Position numbers and translations under genes: made by a program. The notes beneath the pieces were generated by a model. It was given only the letters and a program-made list of their open reading frames with translations, did not search any database and was not told the origin of the DNA. A stretch of DNA of 61,610 bases, counting the filler, from Choristocarpus tenellus KU-1152 (lineage: Eukaryota > Protista > Phaeophyceae): the NCBI GenBank assembly GCA_964200185.2. It is 5 parts of 5 records of this genome, joined end to end, with 100 filler letters (N's around TTAATTAATTAA, not from the genome) between each part and the next. Parts side by side here need not be neighbours in the genome. Positions count along the whole stretch, not along the records: positions 1 to 7,521 come from CAXNAD020006030.1; positions 7,622 to 12,377 come from CAXNAD020013179.1; 3 more parts are not named here. One strand, given 5' to 3'. Positions 1 through 12,204 of the stretch are shown here, in pieces. Within the stretch, counting starts at the first letter, position 1; each line of letters starts with the position of its first letter.

Positions 1-215
1 CCTGTGCCCCCAGCCAACCAAAATTCTCCCGCCCACAAAACTCAGTTTACTTCATAAACTCTCACTTTACATTTTCTCATTTCTTTGCGGGGAGTATCAA
101 AGATGAGAATCAAAGAACCAAGGGTGGAGGGGGGATTCTCATTTCAATGCTAAAGGTGGGTTTTGATTGTTACTTGATTCATACGTTTTGAAATTGATTA
201 TAAACCTGGTGTGTA

Positions 216-1200
216 TTAAAATGTAACGAATGATAGTGCAACCATGACATCCCGGACAATCCTTGACGTATTTCTTCTACTTTCTATGGTTGTATTTGTT
301 AAATGTTTAGAACTCTTTCTGGAAAAGGGGATATCCTGATAGTACCTAACATGTGCTGATCTTTTTTGAGTCACACTGAGGCTACCTCCAACAACACTTT
401 TGTAAAACGGTTTAGCCCTAAATATGCACACTATTATTGTCTTGTGTATGTTAATTTGGACTGTTGTATCAATGCAATCTTTGATTGTCCCGCCCATTGT
501 TGCTGAGTATGTGGACATTAGGAACCCAGGACGTAGAATCCAAAGCACTTCAGTAGTTTAGCCAGAGCTCTAATATGTACAGCCATTATACCCGTGTTCA
601 ATTTAATGATCACCAGAACGCCACCCTGTCCGACCAGTATGTTCAGGAACCTTTCAGTAGTCGTATTTTTCCTTCAGTCCCTCTTGTACAGCCCTTCACA
701 ACCTTGTGGTTCGAAGTATGTTGGATTTTGGTGTCCTATAGAGAGTGAGTGCAAGGTGGACTACTATAACATGTTCAAGCTGGCGAAGATCTCTATAAGA
801 CCGTGATCTGAGGTTTTCGTGCGTGAATAACATAATATGGAATAGTTGTATTCGACATGCTGCTGACTGATTAGAGACACATCCTTATGCAAATGTTGCT
901 TGCTCACCTTTAAAATATCAAGGATTTTAGGGTGGGGGAAGAGGCAGAGGAATTATTTGATCGTGATGTGCTGAGGTGGAGGGGTGCTAAGCTTTTGAAG
1001 ACTGTGTAAGCACCAGCAAGCGAGGCTCTAAGGAAAGAGGACGAGGCATATCTCTGTGCAGGTTGCCAATAATAATTAATGGAGCAACCGTGTTTGAGTA
1101 TTGTTGTGAGTTGTGGAATAGGAACAGAGCGTAGTCCAGAGAGTGAATGACAGTACAAATGAGAAGATATTATTGTGTAATAAGTTCTCACACGCACTAC
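216..1200 (-). mobile_element. Degraded non-LTR retrotransposon reverse-transcriptase region
   Basis: Minus-strand fragments occur in RT motif order, with stops and frameshifts: LRSVPIPQLTTILKH (about YRPIxL), ILVGQGGVLV (about GVxQGxxLSP), VQINIHKTII (about GLxINxxKT), HVRYYQD (about YLG region). Confidence 0.45.
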
Positions 1201-2601
1201 ACGTACCTATAACCAGTTCCTGACACATGATAACAGAATTTCACTCTCTTCTGGGCAGTGGTGATTGTTGATTTCTTTGTTTTGTATTCAGACTACTTCG
1301 TCTACCAGAGGGGTACACCAGAATTACACACACTTATAATAACACTCTGCAAACTATATACACGACACAAGAAACTCTCACACCTACCCACACACCACAC
1401 ACTAGCGACTAGCCAACAAGAAGAAGCAAGAGTCTGTCATCCGCAATGCATGCCATTGGAAGGATAAAATATTATTTTAGAGTTAAAACGACAGTGAGAA
1501 CCACTTTTCGCATTCAGTCACATTGTGGTCGTGACATTCGACTGGGTGTGGCAAGCTCTGCCTACTGATTTTCGAGAAGTCGGCAAAACTTTGTCAACTA
1601 AACTGAAACCCTACTTAAACACCTAACTACCTACACTTGTAGCTGGCTTTTGTACCGCGACTATAATTGTACTACCTCCGCTCGTACATTTCTTCGCACG
1701 CATTGGGTTTAGTCATCAACCCACTTGTCCCTTCCCCTCCATCCTCAAATCTTGATGTCGTAGACCCGCTTCTGCCTCCACTTTGCTCAGTAACAAAGCA
1801 TTGCCATGTCGTTCTTGATTCAGACTTTGTGCATTATAGTGACAGATGGAATGGTAGAGGTAGGTGCACAACCCGTAGTGCCTGCCACATGGACTATGGA
1901 TAGTTGAAATAATATTTCCATGAAAAGAAGTCTGATATCAATGAGTTTAAACCTGCTAAATATTTGTAGGGGATAGTCTCCTTAACTGCTGAGTAACAAG
2001 GACAATCGAACATGTATGGGCCACAGGATGACCTGTGGCGATCATCTGCACCCTAGCCCTGGTTTCATTTTAATAGTTTTAATAACATTCGGAACAGCCG
2101 TGATGATGTGTATACTCACTAAAATGATATCCTCCCACAAGATTAATCAGAGCAGGGAATGGTCACCATCTGGTTCCTCTTGAAGAGAAGCCCTCTTGGA
2201 AATTGCACTCAATGCCAGCAATCCATCCAAGCACAAGTACTGTAATGGGGGTCAAAGTGGAGAGGTCTTGCATACCGAGGTTGATATAATCTAATAGGTT
2301 ACTGATGTCTACAATATGGCTATCCCTCCATTATTTCCGCTACCTTTCCTTTTGCTGGTGTTCACATTGTCATAGTATTCAAAACAAATGGTATTTGAGA
2401 TATGTTAGCAAACATGACAATCTGTCACACTCGCAGTAACAATACTAGTTTAGACCACCTAGTCAGACACCATCCAAAACAGATTGTCACGCTTACTAAA
2501 AGTTTGTTTTGTATGTGTAAAAAACTTACAAATAATAACTGATCCAAAATACAAGTAACCGCTAAAATAGATAAGTTTACGTTTAACACATAAGTTTAGA
2601 T

Positions 2602-2683
2602 CGTCGACGACGGGATTTGAACCCGCGCGGGCATAGCCCAAAGGATTTCAAGTCCTTCACCTTAACCACTCGGTCACATCGAC
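2602..2683 (-). tRNA. tRNA-Ser (anticodon UGA), 82 nt, no intron
   Basis: Reverse complement is GTCGATGTGACCGAGTGGTTAAGGTGAAGGACTTGAAATCCTTTGGGCTATGCCCGCGCGGGTTCAAATCCCGTCGTCGACG. It has a 7-bp acceptor stem, anticodon arm AAGGA-CT TGA AA-TCCTT, long variable arm, GGTTCAAATCC T-loop and G discriminator. Confidence 0.97.
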
Positions 2684-2887
2684 GCTGATAACGCGATGTT
2701 GAAGAGATTATCTCAATGCTATACTTGGCAATATAATTGTCCCTGTCTGATAGTAGTGTTGTTATTGTGAGTTCTGATACTACTACCTAGTATTAACACA
2801 TTCAGAACACGGAATTGGTGAATAGGCGTAACAATCAGTCTCAGAATATATTTTCTAGGTACCCCAAAACACCACAACTTTAGTTGT

Positions 2888-3412
2888 GAGTGGCAGTATC
2901 TTAGAGGGTACGAGTTTTGCCCTGTTTGTCCGTTTGGGGCTTGACTTCCCACGGGTTTTTTATGACATTTTCCTCTGAGTGAAAATGTTTTAGAGGGTAG
3001 AGCTGCGTCTGTTCGGGGGCCAAAATTCAATGTTGTGATTGATTCTAATAATATTTTGGATCTCTATCGTGTTTGTTAGGATGTGTCAATTTCCTTGTTC
3101 CAGACACACCTTTTCATGACGTACACAGCTTACCTACTCCGACATGTTTCGGGGTAGGTAAAATGTAATAAAAAACCCGTGGGAGGCCAAGATCCAAACG
3201 GACAAAAAGAGAAAAACTCCTACCCTCTAAGATACTTTCACTCTACCCCAAAATGTTTCGGAGTAGGTAGATGTATGTGTTATGGAAAGGTGTGCCCGGA
3301 GCAAGGACAATGACACTTTCCAACAAACACGATAGCCAAAATTACATCAAAATCGCAACATTAGATTCTGGCCCCCAACTGGACGCGGCTCTACCCTCTA
3401 AGATACTTTGAC
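2888..3412. mobile_element. MITE family A copy, interrupted by a nested family A copy
   Basis: Starts GAGTGGCAGTATCTTAGAGGGTAC and ends TACCCTCTAAGATACTTTGAC. Internal sequence matches the other ~258-bp copies once 2977-3243 is removed. Confidence 0.9.
2977..3243. mobile_element. MITE family A copy nested in opposite orientation inside another A copy
   Basis: GAGTGAAAATGTTTTAGAGGGTAG...TACCCTCTAAGATACTTTCACTC, inserted in the left arm of the host's central palindrome. Confidence 0.9.
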
Positions 3413-3900
3413 AAGTCACGCTAGAAAATCTTAAGGGCATGTTTTTAGAGGCATTATTTCTAATGCCGAGGATGAATGTAATCCGAAAAGGAAAAGTTCC
3501 TAATTAATGGATGGACGAAGTCGTATTTGTAGATATAGGTGTGAATATGTCTTAGCAAGCCGCCCATCAGAATTATCACTACTCTATGGAAGGCCTCTCT
3601 GTTTTGATCCGCCCTAGAGTTGTGCTTGGCGGATCGCTGGCGTTGACATGTCCATCAGCGCCTACTTTTCACAAGGAAATCGATGGTAACCACCCCTCAC
3701 TCTGATTTGTCGCATGGGAGGATACCATTTGACCGGGTGTATATATCATCACGGATGGTAGTGTATTTTTACATCAAATGTACACATACAAGTCTAAATC
3801 TTGTGTTCCGCAAAGTATTCTGTGTTAAATACCGAACTAGTACTAGTCGGTAGAGTAGTAGTAGTAGTAGTAGTAACGATGTTAACAATAATGATGACAA

Positions 3901-3932
<32 letters not shown>

Positions 3933-4343
3933 ACTAATAATAACTAATAATAATAAACAAAGATCCATATCTCCCAAACTAAGTGAATCTAATCTACTCA
4001 CCCCTCTACCACCCACCTTACAAACCATTTCAGTAGCCTCAAAGACCTTTACAATGAAAAGTCGAAGGGAGATCTCTTGTGTATCGCGGTCAGTGCAATT
4101 TCTAGACGAGGAAGTAGCAAACACAGTGGGTGTTAGGGTGCAGAGTTACTCAGTACAGAAGGGTAACTGCATAATCATCATACAATTTTCAGTTCTTTTG
4201 CAAAGAGTATGCCATGTACACCTCAGTATTTAACAATTGTAACCACAATGGCTGTAATGTGATACCTTTGTTATGATAGTCACTGAAGCAAGCACACCAA
4301 GCAGTAGAGCAGTAGCTATTTTGCATACCATGAACATTGGTTT

Positions 4344-4775
4344 GAGCCAAAGTGTCTTAGAGGGTAGAGCCGCGTCCACTTTGGGGCCAAAATCCAATGT
4401 TACGGTTTTGATATAATTTTGGCTATCGTATTTGTTAGGAAGTGTCAATATCCTTGTTCAGGACAAGCCTTTTTATAACGTATACATTTTACCTATTCCG
4501 AAAATTTTCGGATTAGGAAAAAACCCAAAGTATCTGGGGGGGGGGGTTCTACACCAGAGTGTCTATTTGGACCAAAACCAGGAAAAGTGCACTTTCATTA
4601 TCCATCCAACGTATGGAAGCAAATCACCCAAAAATCGCGACAAGAAAAAATTGGCCCCAAACGGACAGCTGCCACCCCTCCTACATACGTTAAGCCAAAT
4701 GTCATAAAATACCCTGAGGAAGTCAAGCCCCAAATGGACAGTGCAAAATTCGTACCCTCTAAGATACTTTCACTC
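4344..4775. mobile_element. MITE family A copy carrying a nested family B copy
   Basis: GAGCCAAAGTGTCTTAGAGGGTAG...TACCCTCTAAGATACTTTCACTC, flanked by TTT/TTT. Confidence 0.9.
4522..4696. mobile_element. MITE family B copy (nested)
   Basis: AACCCAAAGTATCTGGGGG...CCTACATACGTTAAGCC; homologous to 13675-13851; AAA duplicated. Confidence 0.88.
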
Positions 4776-4937
4776 TTTGTTGTGTCCTAGTTTCCTTCCG
4801 TTACAGCTTCTGTGAATATGTGCCAGTAGGCAATAAAAAGATATCGAAGGCATTTTCAACCCTGATAGGTACGTTAATAATATCCACACTTCAGTTATTA
4901 CAAGTGCCAGAAGTCTAGGGTGGTAATCCTACATCTT

Positions 4938-5197
4938 GAGTGAAAGTATCTCAGAGGGCACGAGTTTTGGCCTGTTTGTCCATTTGGGGCTTGGCTTCCC
5001 ATGTTTTTTTTCATGACATTTTCCTACTCCAAAATGTGTCGGAGTAGGTAAAATGTGTACGTTATGAAAAGGTGTGTCCGGAACAAGAATATTGACACTT
5101 CCTGACAAACACGATAGCGAAAATTACATCAAAATCGTAACATTGGATTTTGGTCCCCAAATGGACTCGGCCCTACCCTCTAAGATAACTTTGGCTC
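4938..5197. mobile_element. MITE family A copy
   Basis: TIRs GAGTGAAAGTATCTCAGAGGG / CCCTCTAAGATAACTTTGGCTC; 4-bp TSD TCTT. Confidence 0.92.
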
Positions 5198-5370
5198 TCT
5201 TACGTAGTATATGTAATGTCACAGATCTTGTGTATTTGTTTAATATCTCTACGTTAGATTCCTTCCATCAGTACAATATATACTTTTTCTGATGCGGAAG
5301 ATTCTGCTCCTAGCTCACAGAGTGTCGAAATACTCGCGCTACCAACTAGAATTGAGACCAGAAGGATGAT

Positions 5371-5604
5371 GACCCACAGTATCCTAGAGGGGTGGATGTT
5401 TAGCCCAAGGGGTCCATTCAGGGTTTGAAGAAGAGTTGTTAGGTATACCCCAGTTTGATGATGCCCATTTTGCAGGTGGATTTCCGTCCGGTTTGATCCA
5501 GGCAGGGGGATGGAAAAGGAACATGCGTCCAGATGGGATAAATACAGGTTCACACAGGCCCTGAATAGATGCCTGACCCCCCCACCCCCAGGATAATACG
5601 AGCC
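5371..5604. mobile_element. MITE family C copy
   Basis: GACCCACAGTATCCTAGAGGGG...CCCCCAGGATAATACGAGCC; reverse-orientation homologue of 48541-48816; flanks TGAT/TCAT. Confidence 0.82.
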
Positions 5605-5725
5605 TCATATATGCCCTCTCCCCCACAGTGGTAACATACAGCCATTGAACAATCAATGTTAGGCCCACAGACCATTTGAAGGCGTTTGTGTGTCACTGAA
5701 CACAAGTCTGAACGGTGCGGTGTAA

Positions 5726-6169
5726 GAGTGAAAGAATCTTAGAGGGTACGAGCTTCACCCTGTTTGTCCGTTTGGAGCTTGACTTCCGATGGGTTGTTAA
5801 TGACATTTTACCTAATTTGAATGTTTTGGACTAGGTAAAGACCCAAAGTAACTGGGAGGGGGGGGGGGGTCTACACTAGGGTGTCTATTTGGACCAAAAT
5901 CAGGAAAAGTGCATTTGTAGTATCCATCCGACGTATGTAACCAAATCACTCCAAAATCGCGATATGAAAAATTGACCCCAAATGGACAGCCGCTATCCCC
6001 TCCCAGATACTTTAAGCCAAAAATGTAAACACTATGACAGGGTGTGTCCAGAATAAGGATATACTGACACTTCCTAACAAACACAATAGTCAAAATTACA
6101 CCAAAATATCAACATTGGATTTTGGACCCCCAAACGGGTGCGGCTCTACCCTTCAAGGCACTTTGACTC
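5726..6169. mobile_element. MITE family A copy carrying a nested family B copy
   Basis: GAGTGAAAGAATCTTAGAGGGTAC...CACTTTGACTC; 3-bp TSD TAA. Confidence 0.9.
5840..6018. mobile_element. MITE family B copy (nested)
   Basis: GACCCAAAGTAACTGGGAGGG...CCCAGATACTTTAAGCC, inserted in the A-tract of TAGGTAAA^ATGT. Confidence 0.88.
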
Positions 6170-6351
6170 TAAGTCTGATGAGCAAAGATAAATGCCGCAT
6201 AGGGTGCCGGATGAGACCAATCTGTACAGGCTTGAGTCACCCCACATCGTTTCCTCCCGCCAACTCAACACCATGATCACCAGCCTGGAGACATAGCGAT
6301 GTGATTGGGCTACGAAAAAAAAGAAGGAATAGAGCTATACAGAAGTAGAAC

Positions 6352-6614
6352 GAGTGAAAGTATCTTAGGGTTAGGGTACGAGTTTTGCCTCGCTTGTCCA
6401 TTTGGGGTTTGGCCTTCCACGGGATTTTTTTATGACATTTTCCTAGTCCAAAATGTTTTGGAGTAGGTAAAATGTATTCGTTATGAAAAGGTGTGTCCTG
6501 AACAAGGATAATGACACTTCCTAACAAACACGATAGCCAAAATTGCATCAAATTACAACAATGGATTTTGACTCCCAAATGGACACAGCTCTACCCTCTA
6601 AGATACTTTGACTC
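6352..6614. mobile_element. MITE family A copy
   Basis: GAGTGAAAGTATCTTAGGG...CCCTCTAAGATACTTTGACTC; flanks AGAAC/AGAAT, TSD length ambiguous. Confidence 0.92.
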
Positions 6615-6861
6615 AGAATCTTGACGTCTACACGCGATTCTAACTCCAGTACCACCGTAGTAGGGTCAAAGGTTTCTACTTTCTTATCCACATACGATTT
6701 GCTGTCGGTAGTGTGTAGGCAGGGGGTCTATGTGCAAATGGGCGTTTCAATAATGGCTTCGTACCACCTAAACATGCAAGCGGGCATCAACCCATCGGCT
6801 TGCCTTGGCCCTGCATATCTGTTTCTCATGGTAGAACACTCCCTGGCCGGCTCAGGATTCA

Positions 6862-7116
6862 GAGTCAAAGTATGTTAGAGGTTAGAGCCGCGTCTGCTTG
6901 GGGGTCAAAATCCAACATTGTGATTTTGATGTAATTTTGGTTATCGTGTTTGTTAGGAAGTGTCAATACTCTTGTTCTGTGCACACCTTTTCATAACGTG
7001 TACACTCTACCTACTCCGAAAATTTCGGAGTAGGAAAATATAAAAAAAAAATTGGGAAGCCAAGCCCCGAACGGACAAACAGGGCAAAAGTCGCACCCTC
7101 TACGACAATCTCACTC
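6862..7116. mobile_element. MITE family A copy
   Basis: GAGTCAAAGTATGTTAGAGG...CCCTCTACGACAATCTCACTC; 4-bp TSD TTCA. Confidence 0.9.
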
Positions 7117-7466
7117 TTCATGCCTTCGAATATGCTGGCAACACCACCAGTCATTCTCTTCACCCTTCCATCATTAGTGAAGGGACCCCAGCACACTTTG
7201 CTGGCGTGTGTTTTTCCAACATAGGTAGCCATCATAAGAAAGAAACTTCAATTGATGTACGGTTCCCAGCAAGGTAGGAACAACGGGTTCCTTTGGAATG
7301 GTGAACAAGGTTAATTGATTAAACCTTTCTGCTTCAAAAAGAAAAAAAAGCAGCCGTACACACGTTTCTTTTTCTTCCTTTTTTTATGTATATATATATA
7401 TTTTTTAATTCACTTTGCCCCCGGGGACCGCGCACGGCATTCAAACGTATCGTGCTGAATGTCATG

Positions 7467-7521
7467 GGGTTGAAGTATCTGGGGGAGGGGGGGGGGTGTA
7501 GACGTCTCGTCTGTTTTTCAC
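7467..7521. mobile_element. Left end of a B-like MITE truncated by the assembly gap
   Basis: GGGTTGAAGTATCTGGGGG terminus running into Ns; its internal sequence differs from family B. Confidence 0.65.
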
Positions 7522-7621
7522 NNNNNNNNNNNNNNNNNNNNNNNNNNNNNNNNNNNNNNNNNNNNTTAATTAATTAANNNNNNNNNNNNNNNNNNNNNNN
7601 NNNNNNNNNNNNNNNNNNNNN
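7522..7621. other. Assembly gap with artificial TTAATTAATTAA six-frame-stop linker (also at 12378-12477, 41387-41486 and 53583-53682)
   Basis: An identical 12-mer sits centred in four 100-nt N runs. Confidence 0.97.
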
Positions 7622-9412
7622 CATGGAAGTGTTGATGCTCGATCCACATCCACACCCTCAGTAAAATCTACCCCCTCTCTCACGTTATCTCAAATTTCAC
7701 TTCAGGTGAAAACAAAAACTAGAGGTATGTTAGGCCTGTATCCCACATGGAATGCATGGAATGTATGGAATACATGGAATAGGGTCCAGTAAGCCATCTC
7801 TTGAGGGTGTCTCTTGAGGGTGTCACAAAACCAGGAACCAACAACACAAATCGGTTGATAAAGAAGGTTGGAGGGGTTGAAGGTTGAAGGTTGAAGTTGA
7901 AGTATCAGTGGTTTGGTTCATGCTTAGATTCACCGTGGTAAACTCTAACCCTAACCCTAACCCTAAGCCATACTAACTCAGCTATATTTATGAACAATAC
8001 AAACCCAACGACTGATGTGGAAAACAGTAACTCAAACATAATTCATATATATGTATATATATATATGCATATATGTATCAATACATTGAAGATAAGTACA
8101 TACGCTAACAATGTGTTGACTCAACCACATGCTATTTATATACTAATGCTGGGTAGAACAGACTCAACAATAAAAACATAAAAGAAAAAACTAAACAACA
8201 AATTATTGTATGTATAAACATCAATTCAAGACCCTCTCTCTCACACACACTCTTGTTCCTCACCCAGGTTTACATGGTTCAGTAGGGTTTACCATCATGG
8301 CATCTGCATCCCAATGAAAAGGTGGATATTCTTCCTTGTAACCCAACACACCACGATCTCTTTCAACCTGCAAACACACAAAAAATGAAAATATCAAAAT
8401 AATAATAAATAACAAAAGTGGTGAATAAAAAGTGGAAAAAGTATTTATGTGGCAACTGATACTATTGGTACATCAAAATCCCAGATCAGAAAAAGCATGT
8501 CTATTGAGAATTTAAATAAAACAGGTGCAAATACTCCCGGACAATATGGTGTGTGGTATAAAAAGTATGTGAATATAATTTTTAAATATATTTTTCTAGA
8601 CTTTTCTTCTCAGAAAAAGTTTTTCTTATCACAACAGAAAATAAGAAACATTTTTTTTTCTTTTCGAAGCGAGGAACATAATCATACACAAATCAAGTAC
8701 ATTTATACCTTCTACTACTTCTATCATATTAGTTATAATATTAAGATACTCTACAGGGTATATAATGACGCCAGAGGAAATGAACACCAGTAGTGATATC
8801 GCCAGAAAAGAACCACCCCAATTCTGCCACAGGTATGCATGCAAAAAAATAATAAAAGTTAATAACTTCAAAAAAAAAAAAGGTACTACGATGCACTCCG
8901 CAGCAGGTGACACAACAGAGTGTTCACGGAAATATTCCTCGAAGTTTGAAATTTTCATTATTTTTTCTTTTATTGTGTGATTTGATGTCGTAAGCATGCT
9001 GCCTCACTGTCCTCTCATGGACTAAAAAAGACAGGGGCTTGTTTACATGGCAGTTACGACCGCAGAAAAAAAAAACGAGATTGTTTCGGTTTCGGTTTCG
9101 GTTACAATTACAGTTACAATTGGGGAAAATGTCAACAGTTGGTCTATACCGCAAAGCTACAGATGGCAACCATGAGGATAGTGAAAAAAAAAAGGTGTGC
9201 ATGATCGTAATAATCCCGTAACCATACCGTTGTGATCATGGGTGCTATTTACCTTACTCTACCCTACCACCCAGATAGTATTCTGGTACAATGGACGTAC
9301 TTTCCGGTTCTTTGAATAACCGTGGATGGAGTGTAACCAGACCGTGCTGGGGTGCACTTACCATATCTGTGCCTTGTAGTGGTATACTGAAGTAGTATCA
9401 AGTACAAAAATG

Positions 9413-9494
9413 CAACAAAAACAACTGTGTAGAATAGTACAGTGGAGGTGAATCAACAAAAACAACTGTGTAGAATAGTACAGTGGTGGTGAAT
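9413..9494. repeat. Tandem duplication, 2 x 41 bp
   Basis: CAACAAAAACAACTGTGTAGAATAGTACAGTGG(A/T)GGTGAAT occurs twice; a 28-bp duplication follows at about 9567-9625. Confidence 0.9.
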
Positions 9495-10965
9495 CTTTGA
9501 TCTTTACCTTGTCACCCCAGTATCATACCTTTGATGCACTACACCAGAGCATAGCTATCAATTATACACTACTGATAGACTAGTAAATTAAAGCACTACC
9601 GATAGACTAGTAAATTAAAACACTACAGATAGAGCACTAAACACATTAGACGATACACGTATCAAATATGCTATCACTACATACTAGAAAGAAGGAAAAA
9701 AATAATTAAAAAAACGAATAGTGCGAGGGTAACTGTACCGTATTATGTTCTTATGTACGTACTATGTATTGACATTCTTGCAATACCGAACCATACCTGT
9801 CCAAATATCCCCTCCACAACATTTCATACCTTGGAAAAGACGACAACGATCGGCGTGACCATGTTAACGTATCTGACAGTTACAAATACAGTTACATGGA
9901 ACATTATAGACAGTAACTTCAGAAGGTAAATGTGGAACCGCGTAGATCCCTGAAAAAAATAAAGTAACAGCAATGGAGGTGATACAGAACTCACACCAAG
10001 ACATCCTCTTTCCCCTACTCCTACTGTTCTTGTTGGGTTAGGGTTAGGGTTAGCACCATAGAGCGGTATCGGGTAAAAAAAGTACATCCCTAACCCTAAC
10101 CCAGAACATGCATAGCCCTAGGCCAAATCATTTCAGGCATCAAGGAGGCCAATGACTTTGCTTCTGATAACATTAAGGCAGGGAAAACAAAAAAACTACC
10201 ACTCAGTAGGAAACCTTAACTCTAACTCAAAACTGAGTTCACAAACCCAAACACAAACCCTTCGTCAGCCTAGGGTTAGGGTCATCCTAACCCAAAGAAA
10301 ACAACAAAACATGTATAGCCCTAACCCTTATCAAACCAAAACAGACAAATGGTAGGTCTCTTCCTCTTCCTAGTGCTCACTGCAACACTTGAAATGAGTA
10401 TGTCACTGAATGCAAGCAAGTGCGGATCTCTCCCTCTTCCTATTTGCACTATTGAAAACAATCTCTATCCCACTCTTGTACAACCTCAATCCAAAGTCGG
10501 TATCCCTAACCCTAACCCTATAGAGCTCTAGCCCTACAGCAAGGCAAACACAGTATAGTAGCAGCTCCACTTTTTTCAAGTTCAACTTTGCCCTCCAATT
10601 ATTATTTTTTTAATACCACTTGCACGGCCTGTGCGGTCTGGGTCAAACATGAAGGAGGATTCCCCTCCCATAGTAAAGACACTGAGAGCGGATGGTATTT
10701 GTGAATCAAAGAGTAAAAAAATTAAAATACACATAAACTGTGTTGACTCACACCCTGTCCCATACCAACCTGACCCTGACGCTCACAATCAACTAAATAC
10801 TTCACCACAAGAGCTACAGAGCTACAGAGCTACAGCACTATCTACTACTCCCATTAACACTAACCCTGAAAAAAAAAAAATCTTCACACTATCCAACCCT
10901 CAAATAGTAAGTCCAAACCCAAACCCTAACCTAATAACCTTACCCTAATGCCCACTGCTACATAT

Positions 10966-11064
10966 TAACCCTAACCCTAACCCTAACCCTAACCCTGACC
11001 TTAATTTATTCCTAACCCTAACTCTGACCCTAACCCTAACCCTAACCCTAACCCTAACCCTAAC
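10966..11064 (+). repeat. Interstitial telomere-like (CCCTAA)n array, partly degenerate
   Basis: Direct reading. Shorter arrays occur near 7946, 10035, 10088, 10505, 11575, 33416 and 51280. Confidence 0.95.
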
Positions 11065-12204
11065 TCCCACCACTCACATTCCTACGCATTGCCTGACATT
11101 GCTCAATTGTCTTCATTGTTCTGAACCCTTCCCCTCCCACCCTGGAACTCGAACTCGATTGCAACCTCGATTCACCACTAGAACCCCTGCGCCTCCCCTG
11201 GCCCCGCTTCCTTCCCCCCCTGCCCAACCCTCCAACGTGTGCCCGAAAGGTTTTCCTGCCCTGGTGATCATCTATTCCAACACCACCCCAACTACGTTCC
11301 TGCACAGTGGTGGCAGCGTCAATATTGGCTTGGGTGGGATTGGCTTGGGGATGCAGGCAGAGCTTGGACCTTTTCGTGTGCAGAGGGATGGGATACATAT
11401 GTGTGTGTATGTATGCATGCATGTATCACAAGACGAGGGGATAACAACACGGGGGGTGAGAATCAAAGGTTAGGGGTTGGATTAGGCTTAGGAATAGTGT
11501 TACGGTGGAGTGTATACTCAGTAATACATAGCACTACGCAGTACCACATAACACAGGTAAAACAAAAGGGGGATAGGGTTAGGGTTAGGGTTATTGATTA
11601 TGTTAGAGGGTCTTGATCTTTAAGTTAAATATTATTCGGGCTAGGACAGGCCAAGTGATGGCGCAGCGGTGAACAGACACACCTTTAGGGGTTAAGGTTG
11701 AAAAGTGAGTTAGGGTTACTCTAGAGGTTTAGAACAAGTGACTGATGGGATTAAGGAAAGGAAAAAATTCAAGGTTTTTCATTAGGCCGGACAGTTAGCA
11801 TGTTCACTGTTGGTCATATGGCCCCGGACCAGTCCATGGCCCAGCCATGTTGAGTAAGTGATGACCATGCTAGAACACCTTATATATGGCCCTAAGGTAA
11901 TATATTTTTTATACTCAAGTCGGCCATATCATAGCCATGCCTCCTATTTTATATATTACCGCTCTTGTTGAATATTGTATTTTAAATTTCAAATTTCTAC
12001 TATAAACTCTAAACACATTATGTATAGTGGTGTTTCTATGTTATTCTATATTGGGTTATTTTGAACGATAAAATTGCAAATTTAATACAAATAACATGGT
12101 TGAGTGTCTTGAGGTGATTTGCCGTCTGTTTGTGTGTGAATGACTCACTTTTACAGTTGTGTAACACGTAGTGATCACAATCCGGGCATGCAAAAAAAAA
12201 TGTT

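Larger units (their letters stand above)
8260..11390 (-). pseudogene. Probable decayed multi-exon gene, possibly transposon-borne, with telomere-like repeats in its introns
   Basis: Exon-like blocks with GT/AG ends: one ending at 11078 (AAT|GTGAGT), about 10617-10681, about 10340-10447 and about 9798-9949 (GSTRFHIYLL...SKV*NVVEGIFGQ|GT). In-frame stops are TGA/TAG, compatible with CGA/CAG deamination. Confidence 0.35.

Noticed and set aside
2641-2657. tRNA with TGA in the anticodon loop as a possible selenocysteine or suppressor tRNA
   Set aside because: Anticodon UGA reads UCA (Ser); Sec would need anticodon UCA and a longer acceptor stem.
4230-5292. Recurrent short ORFs such as TLPNKHDSQNYIK...DFGPQMDSALPSK
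   Set aside because: Chance translations of non-coding MITE-A copies; frames and stops are not conserved among copies.
4344-7116. Repeat-spacer-repeat organisation resembling a CRISPR or integron cassette array
   Set aside because: The repeats are 180-280 bp, in mixed orientation, nested, each with its own TIRs and TSD, and also dispersed elsewhere. No cas or integrase gene is present.
7566-7577. TTAATTAATTAA palindrome repeated four times in the window
   Set aside because: Always centred in 100-nt N runs; it is an artificial contig linker, so ORFs that cross it are invalid.
10966-11064. True chromosome end
   Set aside because: The array is short, degenerate, internal to a contig and accompanied by opposite-orientation tracts.
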